Shown here: piece by piece, positions 63,054 to 64,000 of the stretch
Layout of the letters: each line of letters opens with the position of its first letter
Position numbering within the stretch: the first letter of the stretch is position 1
NCBI RefSeq assembly: GCF_006345805.1
Contig: NC_043007.1
Coordinates: forward strand, 19,716,001-19,780,000
Origin: Octopus sinensis
Lineage: Eukaryota
Reading direction: 5' to 3'
Length of the DNA stretch: 64,000 nucleotides
Made by a program: the position numbers and the translations under genes
Notes under the pieces: model-generated
What the model saw: the letters and a program-made list of their open reading frames with translations, nothing else
Told to the model about the DNA's origin: nothing
Databases searched by the model: none

Positions 63054-63623
63054 CGATAAAAATAACACCCTGATGCAGTATCAAGAAGTGGCTCTCGTGG
63101 CTTCTGATCTTAACTGATTGGAAGTGTTATCATGTACATTGTTTTGTCTTGGTATAAAGATGGGCTACAGCAATATTCTGCTCAATACCCAGATTTGCTT
63201 GTCATTTGTTTGACCATACCCAGTTGAGCACGTCCCTTAGTGGCTGACGATATGTGCATCTTTGATCACGAGCAGAAGTAGTGGGGGAGCATCATAGCCA
63301 TGTGTTGAGAGGAATTCTTTGGGGGTTTGGACAGTTCACCTCTAGAAACAGAGAAGTTTCGTTCAACATCCTTAATCAACCCTTATTCAGGGACCTTTTG
63401 AGCGGGATGGGTTACTCCACATGAAGAAAAATTCTAACCGGGCCCCACCTGGAAGGTCATGCGCTGTTTGTCATGGTGTGGAGTCGCCTTGTAGTAGTTC
63501 ACACGTGGTTGTGATGCATGTGCCTGGTGTACCCTTGTCGGATGAGTGGTTGTGATGGGTATACTGGGCTTCGTATATTTTAACCCAGCGTCACTTTGAT
63601 GGCATGCATTGCAATCTCACTCA

Positions 63624-63670
63624 ATAGTAGTAGTAGTAGTAGTAGTAGTAGTATAGTAGTAGTAGTAGTA

Positions 63671-63747
<77 letters not shown>

Positions 63748-63748
63748 A
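63624..63748. repeat. Compound (TAG)n(TAA)n(TGA)n microsatellite
   Basis: Direct reading. Confidence 0.95.
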
Positions 63749-64000
63749 ATGGAAAAAACCTTAATATCGACAACTTCTGTGAATACCTATCCTTTCCTTT
63801 CTCCCTGAGTATTCTAAAATGTAAACATCCCTTTCATTACAAAACCACTACTGTATTCTCCAACTGGATAGACAAACGAACATCTCAAGAAAACTTTAAA
63901 ACTTTAATATATTAAATTTTGTATGAAACGTATCGCTGACTACCCAACTAGGTAAATATACCTTTTATTGTAACAACACAATTGAATTCAGAAATTCGAA

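Noticed and set aside
63065-63622. 560-bp higher-GC block in the NPC2-B upstream intron as a possible exon
   Set aside because: No ML-domain frame or convincing splice pair; probably an interspersed repeat, but single copy here so not listed as a feature

Overview
Repeat-dense, AT-rich eukaryotic DNA, most likely an Octopus genome; this is inferred from the tRNA-derived SINE families and the very high (TA)/(CA)/(CATA) microsatellite load. Almost all supplied ORFs are microsatellite or transposon artefacts. The only well-supported host genes are two convergent NPC2/ML-domain paralogs. Gene A is on + (exons 17885-18060 and 26684-26767) and gene B is on - (exons 62956-62781 and 61040-60957). Both have identical exon sizes and the intron phases of vertebrate NPC2; their 5' exons were not found in the window. 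There is one tRNA-Leu(TAG) at 40409-40490 (-). The rest is a mosaic of at least four SINE families (about 50 copies or fragments, only the clearest listed), CR1-like, RTE and R4/Dong-like LINE remnants, a Penelope-like element, Tc1/mariner/maT remnants, non-autonomous Helitrons, foldback/MITE palindromes and simple repeats. Highlights: a hammerhead ribozyme with a nearly complete core beside the Penelope RT (53285-53348) plus degenerate relatives; a 5'-inverted RTE with twin-priming geometry; an RLE-type LINE bounded by CATA repeats; a terminator-less tRNA joined to a SINE; and a G-quadruplex motif just inside NPC2-B intron 3. No clearly new biological system is demonstrated. All calls are by eye, without database searches.
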